Below are positions 25,090-39,550 of a DNA stretch of 64,000 nt, piece by piece. Source of the stretch: Octopus bimaculoides. Its lineage: Eukaryota. The notes under the pieces are model-generated. The model did no database searches, was not told the origin of the DNA, and was given only the letters and a program-made list of their open reading frames with translations. How positions within the stretch are numbered: position 1 is the stretch's first letter; each line of letters starts with the position of its first letter. The stretch spans positions 21,746,974-21,810,973 of the forward strand of contig NC_068981.1 of assembly GCF_001194135.2 (NCBI RefSeq), in the 5' to 3' direction. Both the position numbers and the translations under genes were made by a program.

Positions 25090-28000
25090 GTAAGTACATT
25101 TATATATGTAGGTGTATATTCACTAATATTCTAGCTCTCCCTCTCTCTCCACCTCTCACTGCCTTCTCCTTTCCTCTTTATTTCCATTCTCCTCATCCTT
25201 TTCTCTTTCTTCTTTTCTCTCTCTTTTGTCATTACTACAATACTCCAATTATTATCACTATGATGAGCTGACAAACTGTTTACTTCATGGTTATTTTGCC
25301 TCTCTTCCTTTTATCATCCCTACTCTGTCTCAGTTCCCAAACCAATCCTAAAACAGATCTGTTTTAGGATTTATTTTCAGATCTGTAAGTCTCTGTCGTC
25401 TCTTCAGATCTCAATCTGTAGAAATTTAAGATAAACATGAATTGCATTCATCTGATCCATGTGAAAGGGTCTTCTGCCACTTATTCTCTATCGGAAATTT
25501 AAACAGAAAAAAAAATTATTCTTATTCCTTTAAATTACAGTAATACTTTAATTAAATTTTACCGTTTTTGCTGTTTGTATCCTGGTTTTGGAATAGACAC
25601 ACTCATGTGTCTAAAGAGTTAGGGACAGGAAAGGTATCTAGTTGTACAATACTGTCACAGAAAATTTGTCCAGCTCGTGTTAGTATGGAAAAGCAAATAT
25701 AAAATGAAGATGTGCATGAAAATGAGAAATTAAATTTTTTCATTTCAGGCAGCCAGAAAGAAATCTGGGAAGTTGCAAACAGGAATTTCTGTAGCGAAAA
25801 ATGTTCTAAGAATGCTGTGTGTTCGTGTGGAACAAGGGTTGGTCAATACCAGTGCATCTGTAATGCTGGATATGAAGGTGATGGTATCACATGTAAATGT
25901 AAGTATTTTATCATATAATGAATATTTTAATTTCTTATCTTTATATTTTGTATTCTCCAGTCCTTACTATGGTATCAATCACTGTGGGTGTCACATCACT
26001 ATCTTACTACTTCCATTGCTTGTTCTCTCCTAGTTACAAAGTTTATTACTGTCTTTATTGATAGCCAAAATGCACGAGAAAACTTCTACACAGTTACTTG
26101 CTACACTCAAAATTGCAGTAAAGTCTCTCTTGACTGACACCCTACCATCTTAGAGAAATATGGTGTGACTACATGATTAAGAAGTCTGCTTCAAAGCTAT
26201 GTTTGTTTCAGATTCATTCTTATTGTATACCCCTAAGGCAAGTATCATCTAAGGAGTTAGGTTGACCAATGCTATATGAGTGAAATTCAGGAAATGGAAA
26301 CTATGGATGTCGTGTGGAGCCAATATTCCTGTTGTTAGATGGTACATATAAATTGTTACCCTGTTTAACACACCATCAGGCCCTTGGGTACCTTTAGTGA
26401 AGCGTTTTTTGTTGTAAGCTTTGGAGCTAAGTCTCCAATCTGAAAATACTTTTTCTCTGGTTTTACGGACACTTCAAAAGGTCATTGGCACTGTTTTCCT
26501 TCTTTTGGTTGAAGTCACATGACATTAAAAAAAAAAAAAAGAATTACAGTAGACATTGCAAGCCCCGAAGTACAAAAGGATGTGATAGCCTTAGCTTAAA
26601 TATTTTTGATCATAAAACTGTTTCACCAGGAGTGACTTGTGGCTAAACAGTAAGAAATAGAACTACATAGGTGTTTGTGCATGAGTGTGTGTGCATATGC
26701 ATGTATGAATGAGTACATATGTGTGAATTTGTGTGTGTGTGTGTGTGTGTGTGTACATATGTGTGGGCAAAAAGCATCAATTTTATGAGTCAGTGAGTTA
26801 CTGATGTCATAGTTGCATATATAGATAACATCCTGTTATTTTCCCTTTAAAGATAATACTGTATTTGTTGAGTGACATTTGACCATTACCATATTAGGCA
26901 AGTCATACAATCAAAAAGTGCTTTTCTTATTAGCTAAGTTATAGGAAATTATTATCTACAGTTCTTCCTTTTAATGAGTGGCTCTACATTGAACTTCTTA
27001 ACCTTTTATACGTTCATACACTATACCAACCTTTAACTGTTGAAGTAAATCTGTCTCAATCCATTAGATTGGAGTTTATCCCACTTTCTAAGGCATTTAA
27101 ACAACTGAGAATATTAGGGCTTTCCTCTGAACAAGAGCCTTGTCTGTTGCTTCTTTGACTCATAGCTGTAGCTGATACTTGTTTTAAGTGAATTGAAACA
27201 ATGTGATATGAAGGGCTTTACTCAAGTAATCAACAAACCTCTTGATCTAAGGACCAAACTCACCACCTGATCCCTTGGTAATTGCATGACCTTGCCTCCA
27301 ATACCTAAAGCCCTACAGCATACCTTCATTTTACTCTTGAAACCTGATATTAAATTATACAAACGGTAATAACTACAGTTCTAGAGAGGAATGTTTGTGG
27401 GGAAGTGTTTAGTACATGATTTTAGAGTTGAGAGAAATTAGAGACAGTAAGAAGAAGAGTAGTGAATGCATTATGTGATCCTTTGTAGAGATGGTCACAG
27501 TAATAAGCACGTTTGCTGGAGCCCACACAGTACATTCTGAGGTGGTTATTGGTGCATAAACATTTGATAGACATTCAAAGAGACACTTTTCCTTTTTTGG
27601 ATGTCCGTATATATAGCTGAGCTATATTTCACATAAAATTATGCCTTATGTAATCATCATCATCATCATTTAACGTCTGTTTTCCATGCTGGCATGGGTT
27701 GGATGATTTTACTGGGTTGGCACACTGGAAGACTGCGCCAGGATCCAGTCTGATTTGGCATGGTTTTCTATGGCTGGATGCGCTTCCTAATGTCAACCAC
27801 TCCGAGAGTGTAATGGGTGCCTTTACATGCCACCGGCACAACGATGATTTTGCTTGGCTTGATGGGTCTTCTTCTCAAGCATGATATAATGCCAAAGGTC
27901 TTGGTCATTGTCTTTGTGAGGCCCAACACTCAAAAGGAGCTTGACCATTTTGCTTCCTTGAGGCCCCAACACTTGAAAGGAACTCAGCCACCTTGTCTCC

Positions 28001-31000
28001 TTGAGGCCCAACACTGAAAAGGAACTCAGCCACTATCCTCCGTGAAGCCCAATACTCGAAAGGAGCTCACTCACTTTGCCTCCACGAGGCCCATTGATTT
28101 CAAATTTTGGTGCAAGGCCAGCAATTTTGGGGAGGTGGTATGATGATTACATCGACCCCATTGCTCAACTGGTACTTACTTTATCAACTCTGAAAGGATG
28201 AAAGGTAAAGTTGATCTTGGTGGTGTTTGAACTTAGAATGTAAGCATTTTCTCCAGTGTGCCAACAATTCTGCCACTTTGCTGTCTTTATGTCTTATGTA
28301 ATACTGATTTCAAATTTTGGCATAAGGCCAGAAATTTTGGAGGCTGATAAAATAACTGCTACTTATTTTATTGACCCTGAAAAATAAAAGCAAATTTGAC
28401 CTTGAACTTAGAATTTAAAGATGGATGAAATGCTGCTAAGCATTTTGTCTGATATCTTAACAATTGAGTCAGCTTGCAACCCTGATGCCTTATGCAATAT
28501 TAGTAACTATTTGACATTAAAAAATTATCTAGCCCAAAAGAGGAAGCCTGACTATGTTATAAATGAGTAATGGAATTTATATATGTGTGTACTTTCAAAT
28601 TTATTTTTGCCATGAATTAATTTTAATTGCTTCAATTGTAATTATAATAAACCTCCAAAGACAAATAATTCCCATTATTGGGTATTACCGTTTGTTTTGC
28701 AGTGTGTCCAAAAGGATTCTTCAAAAAATCATTAAGTCCTGGAAAATGTCAACCATGTCCTCACAATTCCACTACCTTCAAAGAAGGTGCTGAAATTATT
28801 ACAGAATGTATTTGTCATCCAGCATACTACCGAGAAAGTCCAAATGATATCTGCAAATGTAAGTTCTTATGTATCACACTTCCGTCTTTTGATGTAAAAT
28901 CAAATACACAAACCATTTTTACATTCATTGTGATTTTCTGTTGAAAGAAAATAGGTTCTAAATGTTGGTATTATTTTCTGATTTCAGTACATTATTGTGA
29001 GAAACTGGAAGATATCAAACATGGCTACAGTTTTCATGTTGAGGGAGCCATAAAAGATGAAGTACCAAACACAAATATTACTTGTAAAAACACTCCTAAA
29101 GATTCCTGCCATTATCAGTGTGATGTTGGTTACAGACTAGATTCTAATCCAGTGTTAATATGTGAACCCAATGGAACTTGGTCCGGTACAGTTCCAAAAT
29201 GTAGAGGTAGGTGCAGATATTTGTTGTCTGCTTATAACTTTGAATTGTCATCCTATCTCGTATATGATCTGACTTTGATGGATTTTCATGGTGTGTGTAA
29301 CTGTATATGTGTGTAGATACAGATATAGCCATGTTGTTAAGGAGATTGCTCTTTAAGCATGCAGTTCTTGGGTTGATTCCATTGCATGACACTTTGGACA
29401 AGTGTATTGTGCAAATCTATTGTAACCCTGTGAGTGAAATTTGATGGAAATTTGGTTGGCAGAAAACCCATTTTGTCATCATTTAAAGTCTGTTTTTCAT
29501 GCTGGCAATAAAAAATTAAATAAATGACAAGGGAACAAGAAATTATGTAATGAAGTTCAATAGCTTAAAACATCTTCAGAAATCTAAAGTTTTGTATATT
29601 TGATTGGTTGACCTTGACAACACTGATAATATTGTCGTTGGTGTTGTTGTTGTTGTTTCACTTCAGGCTGTCCCAGCTTGAGTTACCTTAGAATCAAAGG
29701 CATTCTATTTGTGAATCCCACCTATTTGTATATCAAAGGTTAACTACATTACCCACTGTGTCATTTACTATGTAAGATGGTAGGAAGGTGACAGTGAGTT
29801 GGAGAATCATTAGACTATTGGAGAAAATGTCTGGCAGAATTTGTTCTTGATCTTTATAACCTAAGTTCAAATCTTATGGGGGCTAACTTTGGCTTTCAAC
29901 TCTCTGGGGTTAATAGAAAAACCTATCAGTCATGTACTGGGATTGATGTAATCATCTCTCCCCCTCCTTGAAGTTCTGGTCCAGTGCCTCAGTAAGAAAT
30001 TTCTAAGATAATGAGATGTGAATCAAGGGGAATGTGGCTGTTAATTCTTGCAGGTTAGGTGACCATGTAAAGGCAGTTTCCATGGCTAGTATTACTGACT
30101 ATTTTATCAGAAAGTATGAGCAATGTGTGTGTTACAGATAATTAGTTGCAAAAACTGTAGTTGTTGTCACACCTCTAAAAATAAATATTGTTTATCGAGA
30201 CTAAAACTTAAATCAATATAGCATAACAACAAATATATTGATCTAATAAAAATGTAAATCAACTATTTTAATATTTTTTTCTCTTATATGATTTCAACCA
30301 TTTTGTAACCTTTTATTTCATATAAATTTATTTTCATTATTTCTCATAGTTGTTGATTGTAAAACATTGACTGAAATTGGTGAAGATGTTGAAAATGGAA
30401 ACATTGAATATCCCAACAAGACCACTACATATGGCTCGTATGTAAAGGTAAGCTGCCGATCTGGTTGGCAAGCATTTGGAGACAAAATACGAAAGTGTAA
30501 CAACCATGGTGTATGGTCTGGCACTCGTACCTGGTGTGTTGGTAAGTTATGCTTCTAATTAGCTTCATTTCTTCATCAACAGCTTTAATTTTTTTGTTGC
30601 ATCTTGAGAGGTTTCCTTGCGCCAATAGTAAACATACATATTCGCTCAGTTTCACTTATTTTTATTAGTCAACTGGTTAACTGTTTAATCAATTTGCTAA
30701 TTTATTGTTTGATTAATCATTCAGTCAATCAATCAAACATTGACATACCCTCTCTGCTCCATGTCTGGTCTCAAGAATTTTTCAAACATATCATTGATTT
30801 TCCTTCTCTTTTTATCACCTTGCAATGGTTTGAACCAAACAGAACAGTAGAATATCTCTATGTATTCTACAGGGTGTCCACAAGGTCTGGGTACATGGAG
30901 TAAATAAAATCATAACATAAACAATTGAATATAAGAAATAATAATTTCTTAAAGTTTGTGTTAATCTTCACGGAGGTACATGGAGTAAATAAAATCATAA

Positions 31001-34000
31001 CATAAACAATCAAATATAAGAAATAATAATTTCTTAAAGTATGTGTTAATCCCCATGTACCCAGACTTTGTGGACACCCTGTAGTTCCGTGACATTTCAT
31101 GTGTTATGTTTATGACTTCTTGTAAACTGTTTTATTTCACTTTTCCTAAATTTGGGAAGAATTCATACAAAATTCCCCACCTGAACCAAGGTAAACTTGT
31201 AGCTGCCTTCACTTTCAAACTTCTGTTAGTTCTACATCATCAAAGTCATCATTTTAACGTTCAATTTTCCATAGATTTCACAATGAAATATATATTTTTG
31301 GAAACAATGTAACGTGTAGAGGCATGTGGACTAGTGGTTAGGCTGTTGCACTCACAATCATAAGATTGTGGTTTCAATTCTTGGATTGAGCAATGTGCTG
31401 TGTTCTTGAGAAAAAATACTTCATTTCATATTGCTCCTGCCCACTCAACTGTAAATGCATTCCATCAATAGCTGGGAAGTTAACTCTGTGACGGACTGGT
31501 GTCCCATTCAGCCTTATGAGTCCTTAGAATGCAAGACAGACCCTAACTTAATAATGAAATTATCAATTTTATTCCTACTACAGGTCTGACTGATCATGAT
31601 AATAATATCGATTCTTCATGTAAATATTGTACTGTAACAATATTTTCTAATAAATGTCATAAACTTCTTAAATTTCATTTGAATTGTTTGTATACTTTTT
31701 CAGAAGCAAAATGTAAGCCTTTATCGTCTATTAATGGAGGTTCACTTAAACCTCATGACTGTTCCAAAAGAAATAGCAACCCAGGAGCAATATGCAGATA
31801 TACGTGTAAAAGGGGATACAAATTAATTGGACCTTCTCAGAGGAAATGTGGTAATCATGGAGAATGGAATGACACCAAAGAAACTGAATGCATTGGTAAG
31901 ATTGTCTTGTAATCATTTCCCTTTTGCATAAATTGTTAATAAGGCTCAGATATGGCTGAGTGGATATAGAATTCACTTTGTTATCTTATGGCCTTGAGTT
32001 CTATCTCACAGCATGTCACCTTGGAAAAGTGTCTTCTCCAGCAGCAGCCCTTTTATGACCAATGTCTTGTGAATAATATAAATACTAGCTGGCCCTGTGC
32101 CATCAAAAATAACAGCTAATTGAAGTGTTTTACATATAAATATGGATGGTAAATCCAATTAATACACTTGTCAATGTTATCTAGTGGTTGTCTTTTGAGA
32201 TGGTTGTCTAGTGGTTGACATTGATCATCGTTTGTTACTGAAAGAACGCTGGTTCACGCATGCAAACATTCATATACTTCCCTTGTACATGCGCACACAT
32301 ACAGACATATACTCACACAGAGACGAAATGCTGTAACTTTCATGATCTAGTCCAGCAATTTCATACTTCTGTTATAACTTCTATCTAAAGCGTCTCTTTT
32401 ACCCTTGCAGTAGTAGCTGACTATAATGCTGCTACACCAGTCACTGAAGATGACACCTTTCTGCATAATTTGATTAATTATATGGGTGACTATACCATAT
32501 GAAGCTAAGTACTATATGATAGAGTAAATACACAAATTTCTTAATAGAAAAGAGCACAAAATAATCTGTGAACTGTTTCCTGGTCTGTTTTTCTGCTATT
32601 TTAGCTACTGGTTCACTTGAACATTGCTGGTGAAGAATATACTATAAACGATTAAATATATAATGACTGCTGCCAGATGTAAGAAGGCCACTTCACAAAC
32701 ATGTTAAACTATTAATGTTTATGGTTTTATGAAAAAATGATGTAAAGGTTAAAAGATCACGAAGCAATTTTCTGTTTACTATTACTAAACTATATTTTTT
32801 TTACATTGTCCTAATTAAGTTGCATTGAAATTGCCAGCATGATCTCAATAAGATCCACTGCATTTTAGATGCAAGCATGGCTGTGTGGTTCAGAAGCTTA
32901 TTTTGCAACCATGTGATTTCAGGTTCAATCCCACTGCGTGGCACCTTGGCCAAGTGTCTACAACTATATCCTCAAACTGACCAATACTTTGTGAGGCAGT
33001 CTGGTAGACAGAAACCATGTGAAAGCCCATCATATATATAAAAGTGTGTGTGTGTGTGTGCGTGTGCGTGTGTATGCATGAATGTGTGTGCATGTGTATG
33101 TGTGTGAATATGTGTACACATATGTGTGTGTGTGTCTTTGTGTTTGTCCCCACCATCTCTTGACAACTGGTTTTGGTTTGCTTATGTCCCATTAACTTAG
33201 CAGTTTAGCAAAATCATCATCATCATCATCATCGTCGTTTACCGTCTGCTTTCCATGCTAGCATGGGTTGGACGATTTGAGTGAGGACTGATGGTCCAGG
33301 TGGCGACACCAGGCTCCAATTTGATTTGGCAGAGTTTCTACAGCTGGATGTCCTACAGCTGGATGTCCAACCACTCCGAGAGTGTAGTGGGTGTTTTACA
33401 TGCCACCGGCATGAGGGCCAGTTAGGTGGTACTGGCGACAGCCATGCTTGAAATGGTGTATTTTACGTGCCACCTGCACAGGAGTCAGTCCAGCGGCACT
33501 GGCAACGATCTCGCTCGAAAATAGACCAATAAAATAAGTTCCAAACTTTTAAAAAATAAATACTGGGGTCGATTTGTTCAACTAAACCCTTCAAAGTGGT
33601 GCTTCAAGATGGCTGCAATCCAATGACTGAAACATGTAAAAAATAAAAAAATAAAATGGATAACAACTTAGAACTATTTGGAGATGTTAGGGTTTAAAAT
33701 GTCATGAATCCTTCTGCTTCTTCATCTAAAGAGGGAAAATAGGGAGCAAAGAAATGAATTAATACCTTTTGCATGAAATAATAATATTTCTGTTGTTTAT
33801 TTCTTCAGATGTTGAACTTCCAAAATTTAAGTGCCCAGCAGACATGACCGTTCCTGCAAGAAACCAGGGTTATGCTATTGTCCATATAAATACCGCAAAC
33901 CTTGAAATGAGCGACAATTCTGAATATGTAAAATTAACATACAGTGGCCTTACTGAAAATCCTGCAAAACTTAAACTGGGCTTCCACCAAATTGAATTCG

Positions 34001-37000
34001 TTGCCAAAGATAGAGCTGGAAATAAAGTTACCTGTATACAGCGTATACATGTTCTACGTAAGTCTTATATATCCATAGAACTTTTACCTACTAATACCTT
34101 TTTGTAAAACATGAAATATTTTCTGGACATTTCTACATCTTCTTGCTCTTCACTTATACAAGTATTATAGCTGATAATGGGTGGTAGTGTTACATTTGAG
34201 GTACTGCTAAGAGTGTGTTAGGGTGTTATTAAGGTGGCATTGTTACAGTATTAGGTGGTGATTTCATAGAAGCTAATATTTCAATCAGGAAATAATACAC
34301 CTGTGATTCTTAAGGAGGGATAAGATGAATTAACTCTTGCACATCAAATAAATTTTGGCACAAATATTTCTTTGTCCCTTAAGCTTTGAATGATATTCCA
34401 GACTCTATTAGTAAAAAATTTCAACTGATGTAGGAAGAAATTGTGGTGTATGCGAGTGATTAGTAGTAAACGGCTTACCTCATCTTCCTTCCACCGCACG
34501 AGCCTGTCCTGTGGTATCCTGTCCTCGCGCCTGGCCTGATCCGAAGAACGCTAGAAATAGCAGCTTCCTATCCCTCACCTGGACGATCGCCTCACATATC
34601 TTCGCGTTGCAATGACCCTGCTCGAAAAGAGCATGAAATCCCAATCATGGCTCCCTCCACCCCTCTTCCTCTTCCGGTCAGCTCCCAGTTCCGGTCAGCT
34701 CCCAGTTCCGGTCAGCTCCCAGTTCCGGTCAGCTCCCAGTTCCGGTCAGCTCTCAGTTCCGGTCAGCTCCCAGTTCCGGTCAGTTCCCAGTTCCGGTCAG
34801 CTCCTGGTTCCAGTCAGCGGTCAACTCCCCAGTCGCTGACGTCATACCAAAGAAATGACACAAATGGTGCTAGGTGTAGTTTTTGAATAATGAAAGAAAT
34901 TAAACCAGTTTGTTTCCCTATGTGATGTCATTGTTTAATTAATATCATTATACTATGTTTTATATGCTGATTTATGCTATTTAACTTGGCTGCTAAGTTA
35001 CTGTCAGGGCTTTTGTATTCAGTTCAATAAAGTTTCTGCAAGTATGGCTTTACTTGGACAAACATTGTATGGCATAACAATTATATTATTATTTATATCA
35101 TTTATTATATTGATGTTTATGTTATCAGTTATATTGGTGGTTATATTGATAGCTATATTATTGCTGTGAAGACATGTAGCTGTGTGGTAATTACAAAATT
35201 AGGATTATTAATAAGCATTAAATGATTACAGCATGGAAGACACATGGTAGCCATTCAAAAACACACAAAACTGTTAACTTCACTATAACATTTGTTATTT
35301 GATATCAAAATTTGTGTTGCACCAACTGCAACCTGATCTTTGATGCAGTTTGATGCCAAATAATAGGTGTTTAACTGAAGTTAACAATGTTTCTGTGTTT
35401 TTGAATGACTAACAACTTCCACACTGTAAATGTTTTAGTTTCAACATGCAGTCCTGGATCGAATCACTTTCCTGGCAAGTCCACCTTTAAAATATAAATA
35501 TTGGTTTCAAATTTTGGTACAAGGCCAGCAATTGTAGGGGGGGGATGCAAGTTGATTACACCAACTCCAGTGCTTAACTGGCACTTATTTTATTGAACAT
35601 GAAAAGATAAAAGGTAAAGTTGATCTCGGCTGCATTTGAACTTGGAATATAAATTCGAAGAAAAGCTGCTGAACATCTTTGCCAGTGCAATAATGATTCT
35701 GCCAGCTTGCTGCCCTTTGAAACATAATATTGGTTTTAAATTTTGGCACAAGGCCAGCAACTTTGTGAGGGGAGGGGTAAGTTGATTACATTAACCCCAG
35801 TACTCAGCTGGTACTTACTTTATTGACCCTGAAAGGATGAAAAGTAATGTCAAATTCCACAGAATTTTAACCTTTGAAATATAATATTAAATATGAGACA
35901 AAATACTGACTATCTTTAAACACGTGCTAAGTAACAAATAGCCATGTATCTTAGAACAATTCCATCAAAGTTTAGGACGTTTTACTTTTATTATCAATAA
36001 TGTTTCTTTTCAGCCATCTTTTCCTTCAGCTTACAATAAGTTTTTTAAACAAACCCCGACATTTAATTTGCATTTATTTTCAGGGCTATGTTGTTGAATA
36101 AACTGAGACTATGTTGCCATTCAGCAGTTTTATTATCAAACTATCCTCCTTTTTGTTTTTTTAATAAGAGAACAATTCAGCTTGACTAGCAGAGAAAAAA
36201 TAAATGTAGTGAGGAAAGAGATGATCTTGATAAGAACTGACTGACTGTATGAGAAAAAACAAACTGTGAAAGTTTCTCAAGTAGAGGTCTACGTTGCACT
36301 GTAGCAGGCTGAGAATGAAATACCACAACAGCCTTCTTTAATACTAGTTGGGTTACTATATTTCACTGAGATTGTATCAATTCACAAAAAGTTTAAAGAA
36401 AATAACATTATTTTATCAAAATAACTGACACATTTAACTGGTAGAAAGTAAATGGTTTTAGCTTCAGTTGATTTATATGTAACTTTATTTTTGCTATCAT
36501 CTCAGCTGAGAGATAATTAAATAATTATAGATTGTATCTACTAATGTTACAATAGTTATCAGAGATAAAGTGTTGATATCATTGTTATTGCTATTGTTGA
36601 GTAATAGTGTTGTGCTGATAATCTTCTTTTGTAGAGTCTACTTTTGTTGAAATTTTGTTACATACAGACAGCAATATCAAATAGAAGCAACCCCAAATGT
36701 TCTGAACTACGAGTGTGTAAGTTTAGGTCAAACTTCAGCTCTTGTTCACCGCTTTAATTTTGTTAGTCCCATTTTATGAAAGAGCAGTCTATCTGAAGAT
36801 TTTCAGCTTGAATCCTGTTGTCTCAATTTTAAAGTTGGTATGGAGTTCATTGACAAAGGCTTGGCTTCTATGTTGATGAGGTGGAGTAGATGGGGTGAAG
36901 AATGAAAAATTCCCTTGAATGTGTAGTTGATTTTAGTCTCAAACTGGATTAGAAGAGAAGCTCAGTAGTGAAATATTTGCAGTTAATGGACAATCCTAAA

Positions 37001-38241
37001 AATGATCTAATCATAAAAGCACAGAAACAAAGAAGAATATTGTTTTTAAAATTTTAATAGATAATTTGCTGTTAATTCCACTAATGTACTTGAGTTTGTC
37101 GCCAAGAACTTGATTGTATCTGCTGAAATGAACAGATCTATAGTTTTGGTGAGCAGAAGTTTCTTCATTGCTAGATGCTACTATTAAGTATTGTTATTGA
37201 AACTAGAGCAGAATTTAAACTCAGGATGTTAGGTAATAAACTTGATCAATTTTAGGAAACACCACAGTATATGAATACTTAACTGTTTTGTTACTATTTC
37301 CCCAACTGTGCACAGTTTCTCTTCTTTATCCCAAATCATTATACCAGATCTGTTGTGCTTACATTTTATTGAGGTCTTCACTGGTACATTCCACCAGTAT
37401 TCCTTTTTATTATGAGTGGCTATGGCTTCTACCATATTGTGGGTTTTTATTTCTTTGCTCTTGGGGTTATCCTTCAGACGGATTTCATTATAGAGCGTAT
37501 GTATGTATGTATGTATGTATGCATGCATGTATGTATGTATGTATGTATGTATGTATGAAGCAGGTTAAGGAGGGGATCGACACTTTTGAGAGAGCACGTA
37601 TCCAGCATGAAGAACTTAAGCGAGCTGCGCGAAAGCGCACGGCTCGTATAGTGAATGGGGAAAGCTTAATCTGCAATGTTTGCAGTTATATATGCCTGTC
37701 AAAAGCAGGGCTCATTAGCCACCAACAGAGCCGCAAATACAAAATATAAGTTAGTCCTAGAGCGCACAATGTTCCTGAAGGTCGGCAATGGTCTTCCTCG
37801 GTCATGAGTGGACGGCCATCATGCATGTATGTATGTATGTATGTATAAAAAAAGACAAATAACCGCCATTTCAGTATCCTCTTCTCCCCAAATTAAATGA
37901 ATTTCTTCTATTTTATTTATTTGCAGAAGAAACAATCAGAATGAAGTTTTGTCCTTCAAATATAAACATTACCATTGAATCTGAATTCCAAGTTCCAGTC
38001 ACCTGGCCAGAACCAGTGTTTCTAGACAAGGACGATAAACCTGTTGAATACTACTGTTCCCATCCAAACGGGTCAAAGTTTATCGTTGGTCACTACAATA
38101 ATATCTGTGCACCTGTAAAAGATTACGGCCAGAATGTTAAATGTATATTTTCAATTACTTTAGGAAGTAGGTATTTTATCTAAATGATCGGTTTATTTTG
38201 TAGAATATCATCATCATCATCTTCATCACCATCACCATCAC

Positions 38242-38278
<37 letters not shown>

Positions 38279-38298
38279 TTCATCACCATCGTCATCAC

Positions 38299-38335
<37 letters not shown>

Positions 38336-38367
38336 TTCATCACCATCATCATCACCATCATCATCAT

Positions 38368-38408
<41 letters not shown>

Positions 38409-39329
38409 CCATCATCATCACCATCACCATCATCATCATCACCATCATCATNNNNNNNNNNNNNNNNNNNNNNNNNNNNNNNNNNNNNNNNNNNNNNNNN
38501 NNNNNNNNNNNNNNNNNNNNNNNNNNNNNNNNNNNNNNNNNNNNNNNNNNNNNNNNNNNNNNNNNNNNNNNNNNNNNNNNNNNNNNNNNNNNNNNNNNNN
38601 NNNNNNNNNNNNNNNNNNNNNNNNNNNNNNNNNNNNNNNNNNNNNNNNNNNNNNNNNNNNNNNNNNNNNNNNNNNNNNNNNNNNNNNNNNNNNNNNNNNN
38701 NNNNNNNNNNNNNNNNNNNNNNNNNNNNNNNNNNNNNNNNNNNNNNNNNNNNNNNNNNNNNNNNNNNNNNNNNNNNNNNNNNNNNNNNNNNNNNNNNNNN
38801 NNNNNNNNNNNNNNNNNNNNNNNNNNNNNNNNNNNNNNNNNNNNNNNNNNNNNNNNNNNNNNNNNNNNNNNNNNNNNNNNNNNNNNNNNNNNNNNNNNNN
38901 NNNNNNNNNNNNNNNNNNNNNNNNNNNNNNNNNNNNNNNNNNNNNNNNNNNNNNNNNNNNNNNNNNNNNNNNNNNNNNNNNNNNNNNNNNNNNNNNNNNN
39001 NNNNNNNNNNNNNNNNNNNNNNNNNNNNNNNNNNNNNNNNNNNNNNNNNNNNNNNNNNNNNNNNNNNNNNNNNNNNNNNNNNNNNNNNNNNNNNNNNNNN
39101 NNNNNNNNNNNNNNNNNNNNNNNNNNNNNNNNNNNNNNNNNNNNNNNNNNNNNNNNNNNNNNNNNNNNNNNNNNNNNNNNNNNNNNNNNNNNNNNNNNNN
39201 NNNNNNNNNNNNNNNNNNNNNNNNNNNNNNNNNNNNNNNNNNNNNNNNNNNNNNNNNNNNNNNNNNNNNNNNNNNNNNNNNNNNNNNNNNNNNNNNNNCA
39301 TCATCACCATCATCATCATCACCATCACC

Positions 39330-39374
<45 letters not shown>

Positions 39375-39399
39375 GTCATCATCATCGTCATCATCACCG

Positions 39400-39446
<47 letters not shown>

Positions 39447-39503
39447 GTCATTGTCATCATCATCATCAGCAGCAGCAGCATCAGCATCACCATCATCATC
39501 AGC

Positions 39504-39550
<47 letters not shown>

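Noticed and set aside
26340-26542. Processed retrocopy ending in an A14 tract
   Set aside because: No polyadenylation signal, TSD or recognisable ORF.
32083-32330. Helitron/Helentron 5' end (atactagctggccc...)
   Set aside because: The resemblance is only to a short terminal motif, and I found no matching 3' hairpin or second copy in the window.
34672-34815. 17-bp repeat array as a CRISPR locus
   Set aside because: Units are directly adjacent with no unique spacers, there are no cas genes, and the context is eukaryotic intron.
38180-39550. Poly-Met, poly-Asp, poly-His and poly-Ser ORFs
   Set aside because: They are translations of (CAT)n microsatellite and N gaps.
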